Shown: positions 1-9,960, numbered from the stretch's first letter. The stretch is 64,000 nucleotides of DNA from an uncultured Alphaproteobacteria bacterium (GCA_963770035.1 CAVYON010000028.1:2458-66457); one strand, 5' to 3'. The notes: generated by a model from the sequence alone, not told the origin. Translations and numbers: made by a program.

Positions 1-4
1 TGAG

Positions 5-444
5 GTGAGCCGGCGGGTGTCGATCTGGACCGACGGCGCCTGTTCGGGCAATCCGGGCCCCGGCGGCTGGGGCGCCGTGCTGCAATACGGCGAGCGGGAA
101 AACGAACTGAAGGGGGGAGAGCCGCTCACGACCAACAACCGGATGGAGTTGACCGCGGCGATCGCGGCGCTCGAAACGCTCACCCGCCCTTGCGCGGTGA
201 CTCTGCACACCAACTCTCAGTACGTGCGCGGCGGCGTGACCGGCTGGGTCGCAACCTGGAAGCGCAATGGCTGGCGGACCTCGGACAAGAAGCCGGTGAA
301 AAACGAGGACCTGTGGCGCCGCCTGGACGATGCCGCGTCGAGGCACGTCATCGACTGGCTGTGGGTTCGCGGGCACGCTGGCGACCCGCTCAACGAGCGG
401 CGGACGCGCTCGCGCGCGAAGGGATGGCGCCGTTCCGGAAATGA
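5..444 (+). CDS. rnhA: Ribonuclease HI (apparent 1-nt frameshift near 397)
   Basis: [27 protein letters not shown] and [12 protein letters not shown] motifs. The C-terminus [14 protein letters not shown] is in the frame of ORF 190..444. HTNSQ replaces the usual HTDSQ at a GANTC site (probable sequencing error). Confidence 0.92.
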
Positions 445-503
445 CCGCGGGCAATGTCGGCCGTTCTAATCGCGCTCTATGCGATCGCGCCGCTCCGTGA
501 CCC

Positions 504-1157
504 TCACCCGCCTTTCAACGCGCCGATCAGGGCCGTCGCGTCGGCCAAGTCCCACTTGAGCGCGCCGGCGACCGCGGCAACCTCGCAACCGTGGCGGTCG
601 ATGAGCAGCGACACCGGCAGGCCAAGCGCCTTCCCGTCCCGGCGCAGGGTCTCGAACGCGTCGCCGCTCGGATCGGCGTAGCGCGCCAGCGCCTTGACGC
701 CGATCCCGTCGAGAAAGGCGTCCCGCCGCTCGAGCCGCGCGGTGTCGACATTGACCGCGACGACCTCGAAATTCGGTCCGCCTTGCCCCGCCTCGAGCCG
801 GTCCAGGGCCGGCATCTCGGCCCGGCAAGGAACGCACCACGTCGCCCACAGGTTCAGCAGCACCGCCCGGCCGCGGAAGTCGGCGAGCGTCGTCTTTGAC
901 CCGTCGAGCCGCTCGAAGGCGAGCGGCATGGCCTTATGCGGATCGGAGGCGACAACCACCGGGGCCGCGTCTCCCCTGGCAAGCCCCCTGAGGGTCGCCG
1001 CCAGCGCCTGCGAGGCCGGGCAGCTCTCGGCGCCCGCCACCTTGTCCGCAGGCTTCAGCGTCGCGTATAGGAGCGCCAGCGCGGCGACGCCCAAGAGCAC
1101 GCCGATGGCCGCCGCCGCGAGGGTGCGCGGGCGCGGCGGAAACGCGGGCATCGTCAT
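504..1157 (-). CDS. tlpA: TlpA-family thiol:disulfide oxidoreductase (membrane-anchored thioredoxin)
   Basis: N-terminal hydrophobic anchor and [17 protein letters not shown] (WCxxC) motif; 3' part of ORF 504..2111. Divergent from argH, as is usual in alphaproteobacteria. Confidence 0.88.
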   Translation of the reverse strand: MTMPAFPPRPRTLAAAAIGVLLGVAALALLYATLKPADKVAGAESCPASQALAATLRGLARGDAAPVVVASDPHKAMPLAFERLDGSKTTLADFRGRAVLLNLWATWCVPCRAEMPALDRLEAGQGGPNFEVVAVNVDTARLERRDAFLDGIGVKALARYADPSGDAFETLRRDGKALGLPVSLLIDRHGCEVAAVAGALKWDLADATALIGALKGG

Positions 1158-1184
1158 TCTCGAACCATCCAGGGCGTCTTTCTC

Positions 1185-2568
1185 ATGAGCAACGCGATGT
1201 GGGGCGGCCGATTCACCGTCGGGCCGGCCGAAATCATGGAGGAGATCAACGCCTCGATCGACTTCGACCGGAAGCTGGCCGCCCAGGACATCGCCGGCTC
1301 CCTTGCCCACGTCGCCATGCTCGCCCGACAGGGAGTTGTCGAGGCGGCCGACGCCGAGGCCATCGCCAGGGGTCTGAACGAAGTCAAGGGCGAAATCGAG
1401 GCGGGAACCTTCGCCTACTCGCGCGCGCTCGAGGACATCCATATGAATGTCGAGAGCCGCCTCGCCGAGATCGTCGGACCGGCCGCGGGGCGCCTGCACA
1501 CGGCGCGATCGCGCAACGACCAGGTCGCGGTCGACTTCCGCCTCTGGGTGCGCGACACGATCGATGCGCTCCTCCTTCAGATCGCCGACCTGCAGAAGGC
1601 GCTCACCCTCCGCGCGCTCGAGACCGCCGACATGGCGATGCCCGGGTTCACCCACCTCCAGTCGGCCCAGCCCGTCACCTTTGGCCATCACCTGCTCGCC
1701 TATGTCGAAATGCTCGGGCGCGACGCCGGCCGCTTCCGCGACGCCCGCAAGCGCCTCAACGAATGCCCGCTCGGCGCCGCCGCCCTCGCGGGCACCTCGT
1801 TTCCGATCGACCGCGAGGCGACCGCCAAGGCGCTCGGCTTCGACAGGCCGACCGCCAATTCGCTCGAATTCGGTCGCCGACCGCGATTTCGCCCTCGAGG
1901 CGATCAGCGCGGCGGCGATCGCGGCGACCCACCTGTCGCGGCTGGCCGAGGAGTTCGTGCTGTGGACGACGCCGCAGTTCGGCTTCATCCGGCTCTCGGA
2001 CGCCTTCTCGACCGGCTCCTCGATCATGCCGCAGAAGCGCAACCCGGACGCGGCCGAACTGGTGCGCGGCAAGACCGGCCGGGTCGTCGGCGCGCTGGTC
2101 GGCCTCTTCACCGTGATGAAGGGTCTGCCGCTCGCCTATTCCAAGGACATGCAGGAGGACAAGGAGGGCGCGTTCGACGCGCTCGAGACCCTGTCGCTCT
2201 GCCTCGCCGCGATGACCGGCATGGTCAAGGACCTGACGCCGGACGCCAAGCGGATGAAGGCGTCGGCGGGCGCGGGCTACGCCACCGCCACCGACCTCGC
2301 CGACTGGCTGGTCAAGACGCTGAAGACGCCGTTCCGCGAGGCTCACCACATCACCGGCCGGATCGTGGCGCTCGCCGCCGAGCGGGGCGTCGGGCTGGAA
2401 AAGCTCAAGCTTGCCGACCTCCAGGGCGTCGAGCCGCGCATCACCGAGGACGCGTTTGGCGTGCTTGGCGTCGAGCGCTCGGTGAGGAGCCGCACCTCCT
2501 ACGGCGGCACGGCCCCCGCCAACGTCAAGCGGCAGGCGAAGGCGTGGCTGAAGCGGCTCGGGGGATAG
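1185..2568 (+). CDS. argH: Argininosuccinate lyase (apparent +1 frameshift at about 1868)
   Basis: [16 protein letters not shown] and PGFTHLQ in ORF 1185; [12 protein letters not shown] signature in ORF 1447..2568. Removing one base from GAATTC (1866-1871) gives NSLDSVADRDF. Confidence 0.95.
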
Positions 2569-2890
2569 AGGGGGCCGAGGCCGGCCGGCGGCCGCCGCCG
2601 GCGGCGCTTTTTGCAAGCCGCCCCGCGATATCAAGGGTTTATCCGCACAATCCTGTTTGCCGCAGGGCTCGGAAGGCCTTTTCGCCGCAGTTTCGCCGCA
2701 ATCTTGCTTCGCGCAATAAGCGCGATCTGCTTGATGTTATTAATGTTTTAGCTGCAAACAACATAATATCTCGGTGATTATGCCTGCCCAAACGGTAACG
2801 ACGAGACCCGCATCGGCGCAGCTCACGCCTCCCGGAAAGACCCTCGAGCGACGCGGCGGCCAAGGCGACGGGCGCGCCCGAGTCCGCCGC

Positions 2891-3958
2891 CTATCGGCCC
2901 GGCTTCCTCCAGATGTCGCGCTCGACCATTGTGGCGATCTGCCGGTCGATCACCTCGCGCCGGAAGTCGGCATGATTATACGGAGCGCGGTCGAGATAGA
3001 GGTTCTTGGGATAGATCGGCTCCTCGTAGATCGTCTGATAGACCTCGGTGCGCAGGTCCTTCATCCAGTTGTCCCACTGCGCCCGCGTGCGGTGGTCGCG
3101 CAGCGCCTCGATGTCGATCGTGCCGGCGACGTAGGACGAGCCCGCGCCGTAGTCGTGCCGGCCGACGATCCGGCCCTTGTAGTCGACGATCATCGAGCGG
3201 CCGCCAAACGTGTCGATCGGCAGGTCCGCGTCGGCGTCGAGATAATAGGTGCCCATGTTCGGGGCGACGACGAAAAAATTGTTGTCGAGCGCGCGCGCCC
3301 GGTTCTGGATCTCGAAGAACTCGTTGCCGGTGTGCGGATGCGGGTACGAGGCGCGATAGACCACCTCGGCGCCGTTCATCGCCAGCCCTCGCGCATTCTC
3401 GGGATACGATCCCTCGTTCGCCATCAAGACGCCGAGCCGGCCGATCTCGGTGTCGGCGACCGGATAGAAGGCGTCGAGCGTCTTGCCGTAAAGCTCGATC
3501 CAGCGGTCCCACACGTCGTGCGGGGTCATCGAATGCTCGACCGGATAGAGGGTCGCGAGCTTGTAGTGCTTCAGCACCACCTCGCCGTTCGGATCGATGG
3601 CGAAGCCGACGTTGAAGAAGCGGTCCGGGAACGCCTCGTGGCGCGCCTTGGCCTGGCCCATGATGAACACGTTCCACTTGCGCGCGAGGTCGCCGAGGAA
3701 TCGCGTCTCGGGGCCGGGGATGTCGATCGCCGTCTCGCGGGCGTAGGTCACGTGATCGAGGTCGAACACCTCGTCGGTGAAGCCCTGCAGCGCGCCTTCC
3801 GGCACGGCGACGAGCCGCACCGGCAAATCGAGGCTCGAGAGCCAGGAGGCGGCGGCGATCATGTGGGCGATGTGGTCGAGATTGCGCTCGATCTCCGCCC
3901 GCTTGCGCACGCCGCGCACGGTCGGGATCAGGCCGACGGCCGTATAAGGCTGAACCAT
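2891..3958 (-). CDS. Nitrilase/carbon-nitrogen hydrolase superfamily protein with Ala at the catalytic Cys position
   Basis: VPEG (Glu), HYKL (Lys), IGRLGVLMANEGSYPE..ARGLAMNGAEVV, RARALDN and GGRSMIVD motifs. Confidence 0.85.
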   Translation of the reverse strand: MVQPYTAVGLIPTVRGVRKRAEIERNLDHIAHMIAAASWLSSLDLPVRLVAVPEGALQGFTDEVFDLDHVTYARETAIDIPGPETRFLGDLARKWNVFIMGQAKARHEAFPDRFFNVGFAIDPNGEVVLKHYKLATLYPVEHSMTPHDVWDRWIELYGKTLDAFYPVADTEIGRLGVLMANEGSYPENARGLAMNGAEVVYRASYPHPHTGNEFFEIQNRARALDNNFFVVAPNMGTYYLDADADLPIDTFGGRSMIVDYKGRIVGRHDYGAGSSYVAGTIDIEALRDHRTRAQWDNWMKDLRTEVYQTIYEEPIYPKNLYLDRAPYNHADFRREVIDRQIATMVERDIWRKPGR

Positions 3959-4058
3959 GCGTTCCCTCCGGCTTTGGACGAAATGATCGGACGAGGCGCG
4001 GGCAAGGCGCTTCGCCTTCGATGGATTTGGTGGCAAGCGGCCGGCGCAGCGTCAAGGG
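3779..4058. repeat. Direct repeat copy 1 (about 280 bp): upstream region and 5' end of the nitrilase gene
   Basis: Aligns by eye with 5055..5334; both end in ...ggcgcagcgtcaaggg. Confidence 0.9.
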
Positions 4059-4315
4059 TTTTTCACGCGCCATGTTCAACCGCAGGCGCGGCCAGGTGGG
4101 GTGGCGAAGCAGGCGCAAAAGGGCTTGGAGCAAGTGTCAGCGGTTTCCCGCGATATTCTGCTATGTGGATCATGGCGCCGCAAATCGAGAGGCGGGCCGC
4201 GCTGGCGGGCGGTTGGAGCCGTCGGACCGGCCTTCGCAGCCCATGGGCGGAAACATGGCGGCGACGCCGCTTGCCCGTCAACGCGCTCGCGCCGATTGCC
4301 GTCGCCCAGGTGATG

Positions 4316-4331
4316 TGATATCAATGATATC
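4316..4331 (+). promoter_or_regulatory. Probable antitoxin operator (tandem TGATATC(A) palindromes)
   Basis: tgatatca-a-tgatatc just upstream of the GAGGAGG RBS of the RHH antitoxin. Confidence 0.5.
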
Positions 4332-4351
4332 GTCCCGATAGAGGAGGCGCG

Positions 4352-4591
4352 GTGGTGGTTGACCTGCTCGTCCGCAACGTCGACAAATCGCTCGTCCGAG
4401 CGCTGAAGGAGCGCGCCGGCGCACACGGCCGCAGCGCGGAGGCGGAGCATCGCGCGATCCTCGCTGCGGCGCTGGCGCGCCCTCGCCGGCTGAGCTTCGC
4501 CGAGGCGCTTCAGTCGATGCCGGCGGTCGGCCTCAACTCCGATTTCGAGCGGGTCGAGAGCGTTGAAGAGCCCAGCGGTGTACTTGATTGA
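4352..4591 (+). CDS. FitA-like ribbon-helix-helix antitoxin
   Basis: LLVRNVDKSLVRALKERAGAHGRSAEAEHRAIL pattern; strong RBS; overlaps the PIN toxin gene. Confidence 0.85.
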   Translation: MVVDLLVRNVDKSLVRALKERAGAHGRSAEAEHRAILAAALARPRRLSFAEALQSMPAVGLNSDFERVESVEEPSGVLD

Positions 4592-4997
4592 CACGAACGT
4601 CATCAGCGAGGCGCGAAAAGGCGACCGAGCGAACAAGGGCGTGGTCGAATTCTTCGAGGAGGTCGCCTCGTCGGGCGCTCCGCTTTTTCTTTCCTCGGTG
4701 ACCCTCGGCGAGTTGCGCCGCGGCGTGGAGCTGATCCGGCGCCGCCGCGACGCTGATCAAGCCGAGCGGCTCGAGACGTGGCTGACGAGCCTCGTCGAGT
4801 CCTTTGGCGAGCGCATTCTCGCCTTCGACGCCGACGCCGCTCAGGTCTGGGGCCGGCTCAGAGTCCCCGATCCCAGCCACGCGCTCGACAAGCAAATCGC
4901 CGCAATCGCACTCGTCAACGACCTTACCCTGGTGACCCGTAACCTCGCGGATTTCCAAGGCTTGGGGCTCAGGCTCAAGGATCCGTTCGTTTCCTAA
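4578..4997 (+). CDS. vapC: FitB/VapC-family PIN-domain toxin
   Basis: YLIDTNVISE, TLGELRRG, DKQIAAIALVNDLTLVTRN..DF motifs. Confidence 0.9.
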   Translation: MYLIDTNVISEARKGDRANKGVVEFFEEVASSGAPLFLSSVTLGELRRGVELIRRRRDADQAERLETWLTSLVESFGERILAFDADAAQVWGRLRVPDPSHALDKQIAAIALVNDLTLVTRNLADFQGLGLRLKDPFVS

Positions 4998-5054
4998 GAA
5001 GCGCGGTGAATCCCCGTTTCCCAGGACAGAATACGGGATTCCGCTGACTCCTAC

Positions 5055-5334
5055 GAAGCCCCGGAGCGCGCTTTCCGGCCGGCGACGAGAGGCGCCGGCA
5101 AGTCGAGGCTCGAGAGCCAGGAGGCGGCGGCGATCAGGGGAGCGACGGGCTCGAGATTGCGCTCGATCTCCGCCCGCTTGCGCACGCCGCGAACGGTCGG
5201 GATCAGGCCAACGGCCGTATAAGGCTGAACCCTGCGTTCCCTCCCGCTTTGAACGAAATGATCGGACGAGGGCGCGGGCAAGGCGCTTCGCCTTCGATGG
5301 ATTTGGTGGCAAGCGGCCGGCGCAGCGTCAAGGG
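5055..5334 (-). pseudogene. Degenerate copy of the nitrilase promoter and first ~60 codons (direct repeat copy 2)
   Basis: QPYTAVGLIPTVRGVRKRAEIERNL..IAAASWLSSLDLP retained; start ATG changed to AGG; indels at the distal end. Confidence 0.88.
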
Positions 5335-6537
5335 CTAATTGGCGCGGGCCGACAAGCTTTCCGACTTTGTCAGCTTCGCTGTCTTGGGGTCGTAGACGAA
5401 ACCGGCGATCGTGCCGTCCTTGATCCTTTTGACGGCCTCATCGATCGCGAACAGCGGAACGAGAAACCACTCCTTTGGAATGACGGGCTGGCCGAACCGG
5501 TCCTTGATTTCGATCTCCAGTCGAGCCGGCGCGAAGATACGGTGAATGAGATTTCGAGCCGGGTGCGATTGATGTTGTAAAGCTCGTAGGTGGCGACGAT
5601 CTCGACGTCGGCCATGAGAAACGTCGGCTGCAAGCGCGCGCCCTGGACGCGCTGCTTCACGTGCATGTTCGTGACGCCGATCTTGTGAACGAGGTCCCGG
5701 TTGGCCGCGACCAGCGGGTGATCGGATTTGCTCCTCAGGACATAGATTGTCCCGCTGGCTTGGTCGTCTTCGGCAAGTTCCTCGGAGAAGAGCGGGCCTG
5801 CGACGGGATCGGTGATCCGTCGCGCCGTTTCATCCCCGTTGAGCGCCCGCTGAAGCGACCGCATCAGCATGTTGCTCTCGGTGCCGTTGTCGAAAATCAC
5901 CCGTAGCCGCGCGTCGGTTTTCCCGTGCGGGGTAGTGAAGGTGTCCCCGGCCTCGGCGACGTAGGCCTTCTGTCCCTCAAGGACAAACCATGCGCCCTTC
6001 CTAATTTCGGCCTTCAACTCAAAGGGGCGGGTCTGTCGCGTTCCTTCGTCGAGTTCCTTCTGAATCGTCAGGAACAGCGGCTTGAACGTGTCGAAGTCGG
6101 CGCACTTCTGGCGAGTGGCGACCTCTTCCGCCGCCCGCCTCTCGGCGCCGCTCGCGACGTGACGCAGATCGGTGATGTCGGGTTCGCCGTCGGCGCCCTG
6201 CAAGTCGGCGAGCAGTTCATCCTCATCAATCGGCTCCTCCGGCTCTCGCAACCGTCGCCTCCGCGCCTACCAGCAGGCCCTGATGATCGAGCGGGGCAAG
6301 CAGCGCCCGGCAATCGTCAAGCGCGCGCAGGCGATCGAGACGGACGGCATACAGCCGCTCGAAAATGTCTCGGTCTTCGCCATGCCGAGGCGTGCGGCCA
6401 TGAGTTTCTACAAATCGCTGGATTTCCTCGAAACCCGCGATAATCCGCTCCTCGCGCGGCGGCCGGCCCGACGATTTCTCCGGTGGCGCGAAGTCCTCGA
6501 GTTCGGCGCTCAGTTCGTCGAGGTCGACATCACTCAT
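5335..6537 (-). CDS. YeeC-like T5orf172/GIY-YIG-family nuclease (two apparent frameshifts, about 6245 and 5555)
   Basis: ORFs 6226..6537 and 5370..6251 join. GTIYVL..HKIGVT and terminal PKEWFLVPL motifs; the corrected frame stops at TAG 5335-5337. Confidence 0.8.
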
Positions 6538-8587
6538 AGCGCCCCTCTTTCTTGAAGCGCATGAAGGCGGCCGCGCCCTCGGCCATCTTATTCTCCCAGG
6601 CGTCGGCCGACGCGATCGACGGCAGCCGGCCCCTCTCCTTCTTGAACTTGGAGGCCCGGACCGCGAGGGTCTTTGCCTCTTCGGGCGTCAGGGTCGTACG
6701 CTTGGCGGCGATCGCCGCCTTGACCTGTATGAGCCGTTCCTCGGTCATGCTCTTGGCGAGAATCGCGTAGGCCTCGCCGAACGGATTGATCTGGTCGATC
6801 AGATCGATGTCGAGGCCGGTGACGTCCATCGCATATTTGCGCACGCCGTCGACAAAAGCGGTATTGCCGCTCTCTTCGCCTTCAGCGAAGCCGCCGCCGG
6901 CGGCCCCGCCGCTGTTGGCGATTTCCTTCGCCTTCTGGGTGAGGTTCAGCGCGGCGACGGCGTGCTGTCGCACCGCCTCCTGATCCGCCTCGTCCAGTTC
7001 GGGATATTTGTCCTTGACGATCTTGCCCATCCGGACCTGGGTCAACTCCTCCGGGACCAGTTCCTCGTCGAAAATACCGCGCTCGATCGTCGTCTTGTCC
7101 TGCACGAAGGCGGCGATGACCTCGTTCAGGTCCTCCTGACAGATGCGCGTCGCCTCCTCGCTGTTCGGAGTCGCAAGCCCCTTGATCTCGATCTGGAACT
7201 TGCCGCTTTGCTCATCGAAGCCAACGTTGCATTTGTCGGGGTCGTAGCCGCCCTCGCCGTAATCGAAGCCCGGCGTCGGACCATTGTTCGGATTCTTCGG
7301 CTTGAATTCGAAGCGCGGCGCCAGCACCTGCTCCATCAGCAGGCTCGCCGCGATCGCCTTCAGCGTATCATTCACCGCGCCGGTCACAGCGTCGTTGGCG
7401 GCGTCCGGCTCGGCGATCAGGTTCGAGAAGTGCGCGCGCGTCTTGCCCGGCGCGTCGCGGGTCGCGCGCCCGATAATCTGCACGATCTCGGTGAGACTGG
7501 CGCGGTAGCCGACCGTCAGCGCGTGTTCGCACCAGATCCAGTCGAAACCCTCCTTCGCCATGCCGAGCGCGATGATGATGTCGACGTAGTCGCGATTGTT
7601 CTTCTGCGTCGGGTCCTTGAGCGCGGCGGAGACCTTGTCCCGCTTGGCGGGATCATCGTCCACGAGGTCCGCGATCCGCAACAGGCGCCCCTCGGGCGTC
7701 TTGACGAGCTGGAAGCCGGTCGCGGGGTCGGAGCCTTCCCAGTTCCCCAGCGCCCCAAAGATGTGCTCGACCTCCTTGACCTTGTCCTTCGTGCTCTCGC
7801 GCGAGTTGACGTTCGGGATATGGACGATCGTCTTCTCGGAGGGGTCGAGCACCTTGAGGATGTCCTCGGCATAGGCGCCGGCGTAGAAGAAATAGCCGAT
7901 GTCGAGCTGCTTCAGATATTCGTAGCCGTTGAGCTGCTCGTAGTAGGTGTAGGTGACGGTGTCGAACTTCGCCTCGTCCTGCGGGGTCAGCACGGCGTCG
8001 GCGTCGCCTCGGAAATAGGAGCCGGTCATCGCGACGATATGCACCCGGTCGCGGGCGATGAACTGGGTCAGGTGCAGGCCGAGCTTGTTGTCCGGATTGG
8101 CCGAGACGTGGTGGAATTCGTCGACGGCGATCAGCCGGTCGTCGAACGCCTCGACGCCGAACTGAGCGACGGCGAAGCGGAAGGTGGCGTGGGTGCAGAC
8201 CAGCACCTTGTCGCCGCTCACCAGAAAGGCGCCGACCGCCTTGACCTTGCCGCCGTTGTCGGGGCCGGGGGCGTTGCAGAGGTTCCATTTCGGCTCGACG
8301 CGCCAGTCGGCCCAGAAGCCGAACTTCGACAGCGGCTCGTCCTGAAAGCTCGCGCCGATGGTCTTTTCGGGCACGACGACGATCGCCTGCCTCAGTCCCT
8401 GGTTCTGGAGCTTGTCGAGGGCGATGAACATGAGCGCGCGGCTCTTGCCGGACGCCGGGGGCGACTTGATCAGGAGATACTGTTCGCCCCGCTTCTCATA
8501 GGCGCGTTCCTGCATCGGCCGCATGCCCAACGCGTTGGCCTTGGTCGAACTGCCGTTGCGGGCATAGGAGACGGAGACGGAGGGCAC
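6530..8587 (-). CDS. YeeB-like superfamily 2 (DEAD/DEAH) helicase/ATPase
   Basis: Walker A SPPASGKS, Walker B DEFHH, motif III MTGS, motif VI QIIGRATRD; stop overlaps the start of the yeeC-like gene. Confidence 0.88.
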   Translation of the reverse strand: MPSVSVSYARNGSSTKANALGMRPMQERAYEKRGEQYLLIKSPPASGKSRALMFIALDKLQNQGLRQAIVVVPEKTIGASFQDEPLSKFGFWADWRVEPKWNLCNAPGPDNGGKVKAVGAFLVSGDKVLVCTHATFRFAVAQFGVEAFDDRLIAVDEFHHVSANPDNKLGLHLTQFIARDRVHIVAMTGSYFRGDADAVLTPQDEAKFDTVTYTYYEQLNGYEYLKQLDIGYFFYAGAYAEDILKVLDPSEKTIVHIPNVNSRESTKDKVKEVEHIFGALGNWEGSDPATGFQLVKTPEGRLLRIADLVDDDPAKRDKVSAALKDPTQKNNRDYVDIIIALGMAKEGFDWIWCEHALTVGYRASLTEIVQIIGRATRDAPGKTRAHFSNLIAEPDAANDAVTGAVNDTLKAIAASLLMEQVLAPRFEFKPKNPNNGPTPGFDYGEGGYDPDKCNVGFDEQSGKFQIEIKGLATPNSEEATRICQEDLNEVIAAFVQDKTTIERGIFDEELVPEELTQVRMGKIVKDKYPELDEADQEAVRQHAVAALNLTQKAKEIANSGGAAGGGFAEGEESGNTAFVDGVRKYAMDVTGLDIDLIDQINPFGEAYAILAKSMTEERLIQVKAAIAAKRTTLTPEEAKTLAVRASKFKKERGRLPSIASADAWENKMAEGAAAFMRFKKEGRYE

Positions 8588-8658
8588 GACGGCCGAACCC
8601 TTCCGACCTTGAGCAGCCCTTCGCGCCCCGCCGCGTTGCTGACGCCTTTGCGCGGCGC

Positions 8659-8781
8659 CCCTGGCAAAATTAATTTTGCGGTCTGAAAGAAGCCAGCCGG
8701 AACCTCCGCAATATCGGACGTGTCAACGTCCTCATCCGGGATCGCCTCGATCTCAGCGACGCGCTCTTTGGAGATAGGCAT
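8659..8781 (-). pseudogene. Truncated BrnA-type antitoxin (N-terminal ~40 aa only)
   Basis: MPISKERVAEIEAIPDEDVDTSDIAEVPAGFFQTAKLILP follows brnT with overlap. No C-terminal RHH-like segment in any frame before the yeeB start. Confidence 0.6.
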
Positions 8782-9041
8782 CGAATGCTTTCCTTTCGTT
8801 CCTTGTCGCCTTCCGCGCGCTGATGATCCGTGTCTTTCCATCTCTCTCCGTGGGCGCCACGCACACAACCGTCGTGCCGCCTATGAGCCCAAAACTGATC
8901 TCGCGCTCCTCGGAATGGTGCGTGGGATCCGGCCCGGAAACGACAGGTCCCTCCCAGATCGTCGCCGCCTCCTCGAAGCTGAATTCCGTGTTTCGTGAGA
9001 TTGGCGGCATTCTTTGCGGGGTCCCACTCGAACTGGTCCAT
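8753..9041 (-). CDS. brnT: BrnT-family ribonuclease toxin (apparent +1 frameshift at about 8983)
   Basis: FEWDPAKNAANLTKHGI joins SFEEAATIW..EEREISFG..RIISARKAT when one base of GAATTC (8981-8986) is removed. Confidence 0.82.
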
Positions 9042-9163
9042 AAGGATGCCCCATCCCTTAGGTGCGCTTCCGCCAGGCCGTTATCAAGCTTTGGTTGACT
9101 TGGCGGCAGTAGGCTCGTCTTGAAGCTCGCGCCGACACCGCAACGGAGGGTTCGTTGGGATCG

Positions 9164-9532
9164 TCATGGGTCGGAGTCCGGCGGGATCAGGGGACGGAGC
9201 GCGGCGATGAGGCCCGGAAGTCTTTCGGTCGTCACGCGCCAGACGATGTCGAGCCGCACATCGTCGTAGCCGTGGATAAGACGGTGGCGCAGGCCGGTCA
9301 TCTCGCGCCAGGGAATGTCCGGATGGGCGGATGAGAAGGCCTTCGACACCTTTCCCGCCGCCTCGCCGATCACTGCCAGTTTTCGGATGACGGCGCTCTG
9401 ATGCAGGGCGCTGGCGAGGAAGGCGCGCTCATCGAGGCCGGCGACGAAGGAGAGCGCGTCCTCGGCCGCGAGCCTCATGTCGAGCAAAAGCGCGGGATCG
9501 CGCGCGCCCTCGTCCGGACGATCAGGCGGCAT
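9164..9532 (-). CDS. HepT-like (DUF86) HEPN ribonuclease toxin
   Basis: AVIRKLAVIGEAA, IPWREMTGLRHRLIHGY (Rx4HxY motif). Confidence 0.88.
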   Translation of the reverse strand: MPPDRPDEGARDPALLLDMRLAAEDALSFVAGLDERAFLASALHQSAVIRKLAVIGEAAGKVSKAFSSAHPDIPWREMTGLRHRLIHGYDDVRLDIVWRVTTERLPGLIAALRPLIPPDSDP

Positions 9533-9836
9533 AGACAGGCTCGGCCCCGTTCAGGATCAGCCGACGGCGGATATAGTTGCGGCTCGTCTCGACATCCTTG
9601 CGATCGACGAGATCCACCGGCCGTTCGAGCAGCGCTTCGAGCGCGTCGCGGAAGTCGAGATAGCGCGTTAAGCCGTCATCCGGCGGTTCGAACTCAACAA
9701 GAAAATCGACGTCGCTGGTCTCGGCGTCGAAATCTGCGCCGCGCGCCGCCGAGCCGAAGACATCGAGCCGCGCCACGCCGAACCGCCGGCAGAGGGTTTG
9801 CAGTTCGACGCGCTTTTGTTCGACCGTCGCATGCAC
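9522..9836 (-). CDS. MntA-like minimal nucleotidyltransferase antitoxin
   Basis: VFGSAARG..SDVDFLVEF and RPVDLV motifs; overlaps the HEPN gene. Confidence 0.88.
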   Translation of the reverse strand: MHATVEQKRVELQTLCRRFGVARLDVFGSAARGADFDAETSDVDFLVEFEPPDDGLTRYLDFRDALEALLERPVDLVDRKDVETSRNYIRRRLILNGAEPVYAA

Positions 9837-9889
9837 CGAAGGAGTCCTTTCCTGCTCGCAATCTAGATTACGCAGATCATAGAGGCCCC

Positions 9890-9960
9890 GTCATCGCGAG
9901 CGAAGCGAAGCGATCCAGAGGAACGTAGAGCGCCCGGCGGCCCCTGGATTGCTCGTCGCC
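9890..9960. repeat. Partial REP/RIME-like palindromic repeat (gtcatcgcgagcgaagcgaagcgatcc...ggattgctcgtcgc)
   Basis: Internal inverted arms; same start motif as the element at 14913..14995. Confidence 0.55.

Noticed and set aside
1185-2568. argH (and mrcA, iolB, ABC ATPase, brnT) as true pseudogenes
   Set aside because: Each has a single 1-nt insertion in a GANTC motif, with otherwise fully conserved protein on both sides; sequencing error is more parsimonious.
8470-8868. 132-aa ORF as a full-length antitoxin
   Set aside because: The C-terminal half overlaps the yeeB start out of frame and has no antitoxin similarity.
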